Shown here: in pieces, positions 19,413 through 28,755 of the stretch
How positions within the stretch are numbered: the first letter of the stretch is position 1
Layout: each line of letters begins with the position of its first letter
NCBI GenBank assembly: GCA_045538515.1
Contig: JAZSRO010000089.1
Span: 22,840 to 86,839, forward strand
DNA: 64,000 bases
Source: Acutalibacteraceae bacterium
Lineage (GTDB): Bacteria; Bacillota; Clostridia; Oscillospirales; Acutalibacteraceae
Reading direction: 5' to 3'
Translations under genes and position numbers: made by a program
The notes under the pieces: generated by a model
Told to the model about the DNA's origin: nothing
The model's input: only the letters and a program-made list of their open reading frames with translations
The model's database searches: none

Positions 19413-20393
19413 TTATGAAAATTCCGAATATCTTGCCTTGATTTTGGTGTTATCTACTTCGGTAGGTTTCTTTGCATCGCCTGCGAAGAAGAATTTGAAA
19501 TCGCTGAAATCGGTCTTGCCGCCGCGGTTGAAAACAGCAAAACCGAGTTTAGTTCCCTCAGGCACAGCATACATATCGGCATAACTTTCTTCATAGTCTT
19601 GTACCGCATTATTTTTTTCCATTATAAATCTGCGTTTGCCTTCTTTGTTTTGGGTTATTACACCAAAGCGCGACTGTCCTGCTTCTAACACCTTAGACCT
19701 AAAGCAAAAATCGTAAACTCCGGGTTTTTCTATCGGGAACCAAGCAATATAGTAATATCCCAAGTCTTCGCCTTCGTAGTGGATAGCACCGTCCTCAACC
19801 TCTACAAAATCACAAGCCTCGGCAAAAGGTTTTGCCCACGCGTCAAAATCTGCAATAATGTTTTTTTCTTGGTCACAGGTATTGGTATCCTCAACCCAGT
19901 TGACAGAAAATGCTTCTTTTCTTCCGGGTTCGGGTATGGCATCAGTCATTTTGAAAACGCGCACCTCAGAAAGCACCACTTCTCCGCGTGTGGCGTGTGT
20001 AAAGAATGACATTTCTTCGTTGCTTCCCGAATTGAAAGCATAAACGCGGGTATATTCGCCTCCGTCCTGACCTCTGATAGTCAGTTGTTGATCGGTGCCG
20101 CCGCGATAAACATAGAAAGACTGTTCACGCTTAGATAGCGAGTTTTCAAGCCACAAACCCTCGCTATCACAAATTCCGAACTGGAAGTTTGTAAAGTTGG
20201 GGGCAACAACTCTACCCGTTACACGCAAGAAATAAAGCGTATCGGGCTCGGTTTTGAAGGGAACCTTTGTGTTGAGTCCTTCGCCTTTATATGTTTTTTC
20301 GGTTAAGTCGCTATATACACATTTATCCTCGGCACAAGTGACGCCGCCGTATTGTGTGCGTCTGCCGTATGCGGTTTTAGAAAATTCCATCAT
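19413..20393 (-). CDS. Hypothetical cytoplasmic protein, apparently two beta-sandwich (CBM-like) halves
   Basis: 326 aa with no signal peptide or TM helix. The start overlaps the stop of the upstream GH gene by 1 nt. I recognise no motif. Confidence 0.6.
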   Translation of the reverse strand: MMEFSKTAYGRRTQYGGVTCAEDKCVYSDLTEKTYKGEGLNTKVPFKTEPDTLYFLRVTGRVVAPNFTNFQFGICDSEGLWLENSLSKREQSFYVYRGGTDQQLTIRGQDGGEYTRVYAFNSGSNEEMSFFTHATRGEVVLSEVRVFKMTDAIPEPGRKEAFSVNWVEDTNTCDQEKNIIADFDAWAKPFAEACDFVEVEDGAIHYEGEDLGYYYIAWFPIEKPGVYDFCFRSKVLEAGQSRFGVITQNKEGKRRFIMEKNNAVQDYEESYADMYAVPEGTKLGFAVFNRGGKTDFSDFKFFFAGDAKKPTEVDNTKIKARYSEFS

Positions 20394-21700
20394 TAAAACT
20401 CCACCTTCTTTTCAAGTGTCAGCGTGGGGGAAACCGTGCTGCTGCCATCGGCAAAAACGGCTGTTACGCGATAGGTTTCTGTTTCTCCCGAATCTTCGTG
20501 CGAGGCGTGAAGAATGTCGGGGAAATCCTTATACTCTTCCTGTTTAACGCGGGTAAGTTCTTTCCACGCGTCTCCCTCCTTGTATTCAAGCGAATATTCG
20601 GTAGCACCGCGCGCACCGAACCACTGTAGGTTATCGGTACCGTTCGTCATAATCATACAAGGAACGTCCTTTTCGGTATTGCCTGTGATAGCGTTTTCTC
20701 TGTCGATGCTATAAAAACGCAAGAATGCAGCAGTTTTACGAAGTTCGCCCTGTTTGTTAACAATGTGCATTTCTCCGCCGCCGCCTGCCCAGCCGTAGCA
20801 CCAATAGAAACCGCCTGCAACGCCAAACTTTTCAAAGTTTGCATAGTATTTTTTGATAACCTCTATCTGCTCGTCGTCGGTCTTGTTAGAATAGTTTCCA
20901 ACTCCGTATTCGCCAAGCATTAAAGGACGCTCAAGGAACATATCCTTTGTATCAGCAAACGAGCCTGCATCATTATAAATATCGCATCCGTAGAAGTCAA
21001 CGTCTACATCGCTGTATTTACCGCCGAGAATCGTATTGTGACTTGCACCTGATGAAACGGTTGTGGCAAAACGGGGGTCGAACTCTTTTACCGCCTTGGC
21101 AACCTGATTCATATAGCGTTTCATAACATCCCACGAAGTTCCGCGGGTAACGGCCCAAAGTCCGCCGTCGGCCTCGGGCTCTGCATATACGTCAACGAGT
21201 TCTACGCCGTATTTCCTACCCAGTTCCAAAATCGGATATACGTAATTTTTTATAAATTTATCGGTTTCGGACGGTACCTGCATAAAGCGTGTGTGCTTGT
21301 CATATTCAAACTTATTCCCTGTAAATGAGGATTCACAGTGGTCAAAAAGGCAGATGCTTATATTAAGGTTGTATTCATCTGCTATTTGGAAAACACGTTC
21401 TAAATTTTCCATAAACAAAGGCTCTACACCGATAACGCTACCCTCATCATCGTAAACCATTCCTTCAAATGATTCATTGAGCCAGATTTTTGCCATTTCA
21501 TAACCCATAGCGCTTGCGTTATAAAAGGTCTGTCTTACGTATCTTTCGTTAAAACGAGTGCCCGTACCGCCCACGTCACCGTAAAAGGTTGAACCGATAT
21601 CGCGGCCGTACCATTTCGAATTGAACCACGGAACGTAAATACCATTTACAAAACCGTTTCTTTTAAGCCTTTTGGTTATATAGAGTTCTTTGTTTTCCAT
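20393..21700 (-). CDS. Clan GH-A (GH5-like) TIM-barrel glycoside hydrolase with a C-terminal Ig/Fn3-like domain
   Basis: IWLNES (acid/base Asn-Glu) and LMLGEYG (nucleophile Glu) are spaced as in GH5-type enzymes. There is no signal peptide. Confidence 0.6.
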   Translation of the reverse strand: MENKELYITKRLKRNGFVNGIYVPWFNSKWYGRDIGSTFYGDVGGTGTRFNERYVRQTFYNASAMGYEMAKIWLNESFEGMVYDDEGSVIGVEPLFMENLERVFQIADEYNLNISICLFDHCESSFTGNKFEYDKHTRFMQVPSETDKFIKNYVYPILELGRKYGVELVDVYAEPEADGGLWAVTRGTSWDVMKRYMNQVAKAVKEFDPRFATTVSSGASHNTILGGKYSDVDVDFYGCDIYNDAGSFADTKDMFLERPLMLGEYGVGNYSNKTDDEQIEVIKKYYANFEKFGVAGGFYWCYGWAGGGGEMHIVNKQGELRKTAAFLRFYSIDRENAITGNTEKDVPCMIMTNGTDNLQWFGARGATEYSLEYKEGDAWKELTRVKQEEYKDFPDILHASHEDSGETETYRVTAVFADGSSTVSPTLTLEKKVEF

Positions 21701-21713
21701 AAGCGGTTCCCCC

Positions 21714-23018
21714 TTATTTTACAAAGTGCTTAACGCCTTTGTTTGTTTTTACACTATATGTTTTTTCGGCATCGGCCAACATTTTATCAAAATCCGATTC
21801 GCCGAGATATTCGTTAGCCTTAAGATGAAAACTGCTTTCTCCGTCGCCTATATAACGGATAAGATAAAGATTTGTTTGGTCTTCTACAACGTCCCAATCG
21901 CCCTCTACACGCTTATCCGAATAAACCCAATCTTTGAGTTTGTCGGACGAATATTCCTTATAAACGTTGGTGAGTTTTATGTCATCTGAAAGCGTTTTGA
22001 AGGTTTCTTCGGTCTTATCTTCCATTTCTTGCCACTTGTAATAAATTTTACGCATTTTTTCAACCGTTTCGTACGGTTCTTGACCGAGAGGCATTGTAAG
22101 CATCTGAACCTTTTTGGTGGTATAATCGTGCTTGTAAGGTGCTTTTACAATATAATAAACCGCAAACTGTCCCGTACCTTCAAAAATAGTGACGTCGCCT
22201 GCTTTGCGTTCCTCTGAAAACGCCCAGTTGCCGAAGTTTGTGCGCACTTCATAAGGATACGCTGTTACGGTATAGTCGGCAACGGTTTTTTCCGATTTTA
22301 TTGAAGTTAGATAATCTTGCGCCAATTTATCAAAATCCTGTGTTTTTAACTGGCTTGCAAATCGGTTTGCCGCAGATTTTGCCGCAATGTATGCCGCCTC
22401 TTTATCAAACGTTTCATCCTGAATGGCAGCAAATTCCATATATTTATAATCGACAACGTCAAATTCTTCTTTGTTGTCATTATAATATTTCTCATATTCT
22501 GTAGTATCATAGGAAAGTGAAGAATAGAAATTTTCTTCGTACTTTTTGGCGAGCGCTTTGGCTTTCATAACGTAAATCACGTTATCTTTACCGTACTTTT
22601 CATATTCAGCCGCCGCACTCTCCAAAGCCTTTACTTCCTTGTCAGTAAGCGTTATGCCCGCGGCATTTGCGGTTTCACAAAGCAGGAGTGTTTTTTTGGT
22701 AGACTCTACTGCTTTATCATAAAAATATGAAAACCAACTCTCCCCGTAAGTGCTCTTTTGCCATTTGAGCGATTTGTCTTTATTAAGTCCCACAGTTTCT
22801 ATATAATCTTTGCCAAAAACAGCGGTGTTATCGTCTATATATTCCTCCATTTGCTTCTTCACAAGATAGGACATCATCGCACCGCTTATTTTATAATTTT
22901 CGGTTGACAAAACGGTGGCATTTTTGCCTATAATGGGGCTGATTATCAAAAACCAGACCGCCGAAAGAACAACCAATATTGCCAACACAAAAGCGGTTAT
23001 ACGAAAGGCTTTTTTCAT
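21714..23018 (-). CDS. Membrane-anchored PrsA/SurA-like foldase with a degenerate parvulin domain
   Basis: N-terminal TM helix AFVLAILVVLSAVWFLIISPII. The C-terminal region FGNWAFSEERKAGDVTIFEGTGQFAVYYIVK resembles the end of PpiC domains. Confidence 0.45.
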   Translation of the reverse strand: MKKAFRITAFVLAILVVLSAVWFLIISPIIGKNATVLSTENYKISGAMMSYLVKKQMEEYIDDNTAVFGKDYIETVGLNKDKSLKWQKSTYGESWFSYFYDKAVESTKKTLLLCETANAAGITLTDKEVKALESAAAEYEKYGKDNVIYVMKAKALAKKYEENFYSSLSYDTTEYEKYYNDNKEEFDVVDYKYMEFAAIQDETFDKEAAYIAAKSAANRFASQLKTQDFDKLAQDYLTSIKSEKTVADYTVTAYPYEVRTNFGNWAFSEERKAGDVTIFEGTGQFAVYYIVKAPYKHDYTTKKVQMLTMPLGQEPYETVEKMRKIYYKWQEMEDKTEETFKTLSDDIKLTNVYKEYSSDKLKDWVYSDKRVEGDWDVVEDQTNLYLIRYIGDGESSFHLKANEYLGESDFDKMLADAEKTYSVKTNKGVKHFVK

Positions 23019-23188
23019 ACTAAAAATCTCCTTTGGTTTTAATAAAACTTGTTATCTTTATTTTACTTGTAAACACCTATAATTTCAAGATGAAAAGTGA
23101 TGTTTTTTATGCTATTTTTTGAAAAAAATGACGTTTTTACATTGCGGTATAAATCCCGGCAGTTTTTTTTGGTGCACAGGCAAAAAAT

Positions 23189-23229
23189 AACTACCCAAAA
23201 AAGAGTTTTTCTCTCATCTTTGGGTAGTT
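23189..23229 (-). terminator. Terminator after the ABC solute-binding protein gene
   Basis: AACTACCCAAA (23189-23199) pairs with TTTGGGTAGTT (23219-23229). Confidence 0.65.
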
Positions 23230-23245
23230 AATTTATAGTGTTTTA

Positions 23246-24661
23246 TTAAAACTTAAATGCTGCTTTGTCTTTTTCGTAAGTTTCAATTTTGCCGTCAATA
23301 ACGGTCTTCCAACTATCGATTGTAGTCTGGAGAGGTGTGTTGGGGTCGGCAAGTTCATTGTAAAGTGTCCAAATCTGGCTGCCTACAATACCTACGCCTG
23401 TGAAGTTAAATGTGTTACCTGTAACGGTCTTCTTCCAACGAGCAAGCCATTCTTTGTTAGACTGACTTGTTGATTTCATATTTTCTTGATAATATGCGCG
23501 GAAGTTGATGAGGTTGAAGCCCATTTCAGCGTTCTTTGCTTTACGCGGAACGAAACCAAACTGGATACCGCCTGGGTTATAGCTCTTGCCACCGGTGTAG
23601 GACGGGAACGGAACCCAATCCCACTCAAAGTTAGCAGATGCCCAATCTTTGTGATTGTTCTCACGGATGTACCACATTGAACCAACGTACATAGCAACGT
23701 TACCGCCTGTCCAAGAACCTTCGTTCTTAGAAAGGTAACCGTCACCCATAATCTTCTTAACGAAGTTGAAGCCGTCTTTGAATTCCTTGGTGTTCATTGT
23801 GTTGGTGAACTTACCGTTGTTAGGTGAAATAACCGAAGCACCTGCGGAACGTGCAAATGCTGCCATATCTTCCATCTGAGCGCCCCAAACGGTGGTGTTA
23901 CCGTTCTGTACTACTGTTGTAGCCTTTGCGAGCTCATAGAAAGCGTCCCAAGTCCATTTGCCCTCGTTATAATAATCGAGAGGTGTCTTCTTAACCTTTG
24001 TGTTGCTGCCAAAAATCTTCTTATTGAAATAAACGAAGAGTGCAGAACCCCAGAAATGGTCTGTAAGTCCATAATACTCGCCGTCATACTTAAGTTGGTC
24101 CATAAGGTCGTATGCAAGCCAAGTATCCTTGCTCTTATCAATCATCTTTGTGATGGGCTGTGCCAATTTTTTGGTGATAAAGCCCGGGAATTGGTCCTCG
24201 TTCATAAACGTTGCATCAGGTGCGTCGTTTGCTGCGATGAGAGCTGTAAGCTTCTGGAACATAAGGGTCGAATCCTTAACGGGTACGAACTTGATTTTAG
24301 CACCGGTCTGCTTCTGCCAAGCATCGTAAATTCCCTGTTCCCAATTTTCAGGGGTGTACCAAACCAAAACTTTTGCAGTTTTGCCCTTGTAGTTAACATC
24401 AAAGCGACCGCCGGTCTCTTTGTCGTTAACATTCCCTGCCTGAGCAACCTGGCTTGAGGTTGGCTGCTTGTTGGAAGCCGTGTCTTTTTTGGAAGAAGCG
24501 TCTGTATCTTTATCTGTCTCTTCCTTGCTCACTGTTTCAGTAACAAAAGATTCAACAACATAATAATCGCTTCCTTCATCTCCCCCTGTAGTAATGGAAC
24601 AAGCGGTTAAACTGAATACCATTACAAGACAGAGTGCCAAAGAAATTGTTCTCTTTAACAT
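23246..24661 (-). CDS. ABC transporter solute-binding lipoprotein (CUT1 sugar family), importer 2
   Basis: Lipobox VFSLTAC|S and a Ser/Thr/Asp-rich linker. The size and pattern fit family-1 extracellular solute-binding proteins. AAGGAG ribosome-binding site. Confidence 0.85.
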   Translation of the reverse strand: MLKRTISLALCLVMVFSLTACSITTGGDEGSDYYVVESFVTETVSKEETDKDTDASSKKDTASNKQPTSSQVAQAGNVNDKETGGRFDVNYKGKTAKVLVWYTPENWEQGIYDAWQKQTGAKIKFVPVKDSTLMFQKLTALIAANDAPDATFMNEDQFPGFITKKLAQPITKMIDKSKDTWLAYDLMDQLKYDGEYYGLTDHFWGSALFVYFNKKIFGSNTKVKKTPLDYYNEGKWTWDAFYELAKATTVVQNGNTTVWGAQMEDMAAFARSAGASVISPNNGKFTNTMNTKEFKDGFNFVKKIMGDGYLSKNEGSWTGGNVAMYVGSMWYIRENNHKDWASANFEWDWVPFPSYTGGKSYNPGGIQFGFVPRKAKNAEMGFNLINFRAYYQENMKSTSQSNKEWLARWKKTVTGNTFNFTGVGIVGSQIWTLYNELADPNTPLQTTIDSWKTVIDGKIETYEKDKAAFKF

Positions 24662-24694
24662 ATGCGTTTTCTCCTTTTTAATTTTATATTAACA

Positions 24695-25570
24695 CTATCC
24701 GACCAAGCCGGAGTGTTCAATACCTTGAATAAAGTATTTCTGCAGTGCACCATACATAATTACCATTGGTGTTAAGAAAAGCATTACACCTGACATAAGT
24801 TGATTACGAATGGTGGAAATACTTGTAGATGCTTGCGAAAGGTTTGATTTTAATGTGGTTAGTTCTGTTGAAAGCGTTGAAAGTTCGTCAAAGAACATTG
24901 TAGGAATCATTGTTTCGTTCCAGTACCAAACGATTGAAAGAATGGCAACAACCAAGAACGATACCGCGGAGGACGGAACAACGATTTTCCAATAGGTCTT
25001 GAATGTTCCGCAACCATCTATATAGGCTGCTTCCTCAAGTTCTTTTGGTAGGTTTTTAACGAACTGGCGGAAGATGTAAATCATAAGTCCCGCGCGAACG
25101 CCCTGTCCCAAACCTGCAGGTATGAAAAAGGTGAATACGGAATCTAAAAGTCCTAAATTTTTGAAAATTGCGTATTGCTGAACAATGAGCATCTGCGGCG
25201 GTACGATAATCGTAATTACCACAAGCAAGAAAATCAGCGTCTGTCCACGGAACTTAAATCTTGCAAGACCGTATGCTGCGAGCGAACAACTAACAATTTG
25301 TAAAAGAACACTCGTACAAACCAGAAATACGGTGAACAGGAAATTTGAACCGTAGGACATAACACCCCATACATTCACATAGTTCATAAAGGTAACCGCT
25401 TTTGGAACCCACACAACCGAGGGGTCCAAAAGTTGCACTTCCGTCATAAGACTTGTGCTTAAAGCGTAAATAATCGGGAACAAGATAACATATATAATTC
25501 CGATTAAGAAAGCCCAACGAACTATGCTGCCAAAGATAGAGGCGACAACGTTTTTAATTTTTGTGTTCAT
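24695..25570 (-). CDS. Carbohydrate ABC transporter permease, importer 2
   Basis: Six TM helices. EAA loop EEAAYIDGCGTFKTYWKIVVP. Confidence 0.9.
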   Translation of the reverse strand: MNTKIKNVVASIFGSIVRWAFLIGIIYVILFPIIYALSTSLMTEVQLLDPSVVWVPKAVTFMNYVNVWGVMSYGSNFLFTVFLVCTSVLLQIVSCSLAAYGLARFKFRGQTLIFLLVVITIIVPPQMLIVQQYAIFKNLGLLDSVFTFFIPAGLGQGVRAGLMIYIFRQFVKNLPKELEEAAYIDGCGTFKTYWKIVVPSSAVSFLVVAILSIVWYWNETMIPTMFFDELSTLSTELTTLKSNLSQASTSISTIRNQLMSGVMLFLTPMVIMYGALQKYFIQGIEHSGLVG

Positions 25571-25584
25571 ATTGTCCCCTCCTC

Positions 25585-26520
25585 TTATATTTCGGCGTTT
25601 TTAAGCGGTTTTCTGAAAATTATCAGAATTGCGCCGATAACTACACCTAAAATCACGAAATAACTCCACATTATTGCAGATGATTTATTATAGTTGCTTT
25701 CCTGAATAAGTCTATATGCCTGTTGCATAACTTTATTGTTGTTTGATGTAAACAGGTCAATACAGGTATAAACAACATTAAGAATAATAACATTCGCCAT
25801 CATCGGAACGGTTACATACCAGAATGTTTCCCAACCCGTTGCACCCTCAACCTTGGCAACCTCATAATACTGTGCCGAGATAGATTGCAAACCTGCAAGG
25901 AACAGGATTGTTTGAACACCCGAACTCCAAACGAGGTTGAAGATTGAAGCAATATATTCATTAAGTTGTTCTACAAGCGCATTTGGAAGACCAACATTTT
26001 CAAGCATCGCAGAAAAACTGAATGAATTGTAAAGTCCTCCGCCACCAGAGCCCGATTCGAGCAATTCTTGCGCTGTTGTATCGCCGTTAAGATAGGTGAG
26101 AACAACGCCACTTGCTATAATAACAGGCAGGAAGAAGATTGCTCTGACTATCAGTCTGCCACGGAAGTTCTGATTGAGTACGATTGCGAAAACAAAACTC
26201 AAAAACAGAATAATGGGCAACGAATAGAAGAAATCTACAATTGAATCAAAAAGGTTGGTGGTAAAACTGGTGTCCACCGTCCAGATGTTGTTATAAAACT
26301 CAAATCCGGCAAAACGGGTGGCAAAATATTCTATTATTGTACCGCTGTGTTCGTCAAGCGGGGTTGCCTTCGAAAAGGAGTACCAAATTGAAAGCAGTGC
26401 AGGGTAAAAGAAAAACACAAGGAATCCAATTACCCACGGAATTGTAAACACAAAACCCTGTCTCGCACGGCGTTTCTCCATTGAGGCGGGGAGTAATTTA
26501 TCTAAAAAACTTTTTTTCAT
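25585..26520 (-). CDS. Carbohydrate ABC transporter permease, importer 2
   Basis: Multi-pass. EAA-type loop YYEVAKVEGATGWETFWYVTVP. Confidence 0.9.
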   Translation of the reverse strand: MKKSFLDKLLPASMEKRRARQGFVFTIPWVIGFLVFFFYPALLSIWYSFSKATPLDEHSGTIIEYFATRFAGFEFYNNIWTVDTSFTTNLFDSIVDFFYSLPIILFLSFVFAIVLNQNFRGRLIVRAIFFLPVIIASGVVLTYLNGDTTAQELLESGSGGGGLYNSFSFSAMLENVGLPNALVEQLNEYIASIFNLVWSSGVQTILFLAGLQSISAQYYEVAKVEGATGWETFWYVTVPMMANVIILNVVYTCIDLFTSNNNKVMQQAYRLIQESNYNKSSAIMWSYFVILGVVIGAILIIFRKPLKNAEI

Positions 26521-26534
26521 ATTTTCCTACTCCC

Positions 26535-28739
26535 CTATCTTTTAATAATAAAATCGTTTGCGCCGATGCTTACATTTTCGGCGTTGTAATCTGTTTCGTT
26601 GCAGTTGATTGTAATTTCTACGCCGTTGCTGAATGTTGTTTTGTAAACACCCTTTGCAAGTACGGCATAGCCGCTTATTGTGGCTCCGTTTGTTGCCTCA
26701 ATAGCATCCTTACCTCTTTTAATGGTAGAAATCATAGTTTCCTTACGGTCTTTATAACTACCTGCTGCAAGTGTATCAAACACCGATGCAGAATATTCAG
26801 ATGTTTCTGTGCCGCAAATCGTGAAGTAAAGACCTGTTCCGAGTGCGACTGAACGCAAGAAATCATCTGCTTCGTTGTTGGTAAGTGTGAGCGATGCACC
26901 TGACATTGCTCTGTAGCCCTTAAACACGATATGATAGAATGGTAACCATTCGTCCTCAACCGTAAAGTTGCTACTGTTAATCGGCGAATCAGTTATGTAA
27001 TCTGCTGAAAGTGCAGCGTACTGATTTGCAGAATCGAACATAATCTGTGTTTTGTTCTTTTTTAGAACTTTAGAAGCCTTTGTCACATTTTCAGAGAAAT
27101 TAAGCGCAACAAAGTTCTCCATTCTCTTATAATCGCCGTAGGTTATGTCGCCCATTGCGCCGAGCGACACGCCGGTAAAGGCATTTTTATTTATTGTTTT
27201 TGTGAGTTTTTCTGCTGCTTCTTTGAAGAAGTTAGGAGCAAGCAAATAATACTCATAGGCGTTTTTCTTTGTGCCGCCTGTGGAAACAGAGTAGAAATAC
27301 TGTGACGCTTTAAGTGATGTTGTTGAGGTTGCGGCATCGGTATTAACCGTAAATCCGTTGCCCGATTTTGTGAAACGAACCAAATCAAATTCAGGGAACA
27401 GTTTTGCGCCGCTTTTCTCTACGGTATCAAGCAATGCGTTGAGCGATTTCTTGTTTCCAAGAACTTTTTCGGTTTTATATCCACCGGCAATCTTGGTAGC
27501 ATCAAGTCCGCCGCCCTGAACACCGCTGAGTTTTACGGTCGGTGCTACACCTGTTTCTTTTGCAACATCGGCAATAATCTCTGACGCCTGTGCATAGGTG
27601 GTAATGGGTTTTATTACCTTTTTAGGAATTCCAAAGAAAAATTCACGCTTTGATGCTGCCATTGGCAAATCAAGATAAAGTGCGGTTTCATTTTCTTGTT
27701 TCTTTAGTCCCTTTTCATTTACAAGATACTCTCTGTAAAGGTCTGCGGTCTTAAAGAAATCCGAATCCTGACCATCTATAAACATTATGCGTTGGCCAAC
27801 TTTGCTACCCTTTGCAAGTGAACTGAACTGGTGACCAATCATAACATGTCCCCAACCTTGCGGAAGCGCAATCGCTTCTGTTCCGCGAACAGCAAAGGTT
27901 GTGTATGCGTATGAGAAGCCAAGGTCTACATCACCTGCGGTGGCGTTAACCTCTGCACATTCCTCGCCTCTGTCGATAATTGTGCAGTATGTGCTTTCAG
28001 CATCGCTTACAGAATAGACAGGAAGTTTTATGTCTTCGGTCTTTGTAAATTGATACTGTGTGGTTGAAGCCTTATCCTGACCATAAACATAGCCCTTATA
28101 TGTACGGGCAGCACGGTCTGTATCACAATACATTACCATTCCGCTGCCATCCGGAATAAACATTTCGTTTGTCTTTTCGTTCAAAACAGACGAAGCATAA
28201 GGCAACACAGAAATTCTGTAAATCTGGTATTGGCTTTCATATATACTGTCAAGGTTTATATTAACATCAAGATAGCCGTTTACCAAACGGTATTCTACTG
28301 GGATTGCCGCGTTCTGCTCGTCAAAGCAGTAAAGCAATCTTATACCGTTATCAATCTTATATGAATAAGTTCTGCCATATTCATAAGCGCCTGTGTACGA
28401 TGTTACGGTAGTAAGTCCCTTTTCCTTAACAGACTTACCCTCAATCATAATCGAGGATTCAAGATAGGATTTAATACCACCGTCATACAAATTGTTAAGA
28501 TACTGTTCTGTCGGCATACTAGACCATATAAGCACATCACCTCTATATACAAGCAAGGCTAAACGGTCAGCATCCCAATCAAGTCTAAGTTCGCCGTCCT
28601 CTGCGACTGTGCCGCTACTTACATAGTTTTCGGTTGTTTTTACGGGTTTACCTTCGACAGTTTCGTCTACGACACAACCCGACAAAACTGTAAGGAGCAA
28701 ACAAAGACAAAGAACTAAAGATATTAATTTTTTTATCAT
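26535..28739 (-). CDS. Large (734 aa) surface lipoprotein of unknown function (reminiscent of DUF5696-annotated proteins)
   Basis: Lipobox LTVLSGC|V and AGGAGG ribosome-binding site. I recognise no catalytic motif. The family assignment is from memory only. Confidence 0.5.
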   Translation of the reverse strand: MIKKLISLVLCLCLLLTVLSGCVVDETVEGKPVKTTENYVSSGTVAEDGELRLDWDADRLALLVYRGDVLIWSSMPTEQYLNNLYDGGIKSYLESSIMIEGKSVKEKGLTTVTSYTGAYEYGRTYSYKIDNGIRLLYCFDEQNAAIPVEYRLVNGYLDVNINLDSIYESQYQIYRISVLPYASSVLNEKTNEMFIPDGSGMVMYCDTDRAARTYKGYVYGQDKASTTQYQFTKTEDIKLPVYSVSDAESTYCTIIDRGEECAEVNATAGDVDLGFSYAYTTFAVRGTEAIALPQGWGHVMIGHQFSSLAKGSKVGQRIMFIDGQDSDFFKTADLYREYLVNEKGLKKQENETALYLDLPMAASKREFFFGIPKKVIKPITTYAQASEIIADVAKETGVAPTVKLSGVQGGGLDATKIAGGYKTEKVLGNKKSLNALLDTVEKSGAKLFPEFDLVRFTKSGNGFTVNTDAATSTTSLKASQYFYSVSTGGTKKNAYEYYLLAPNFFKEAAEKLTKTINKNAFTGVSLGAMGDITYGDYKRMENFVALNFSENVTKASKVLKKNKTQIMFDSANQYAALSADYITDSPINSSNFTVEDEWLPFYHIVFKGYRAMSGASLTLTNNEADDFLRSVALGTGLYFTICGTETSEYSASVFDTLAAGSYKDRKETMISTIKRGKDAIEATNGATISGYAVLAKGVYKTTFSNGVEITINCNETDYNAENVSIGANDFIIKR

Positions 28740-28755
28740 CTTTGACCTCCTACAG

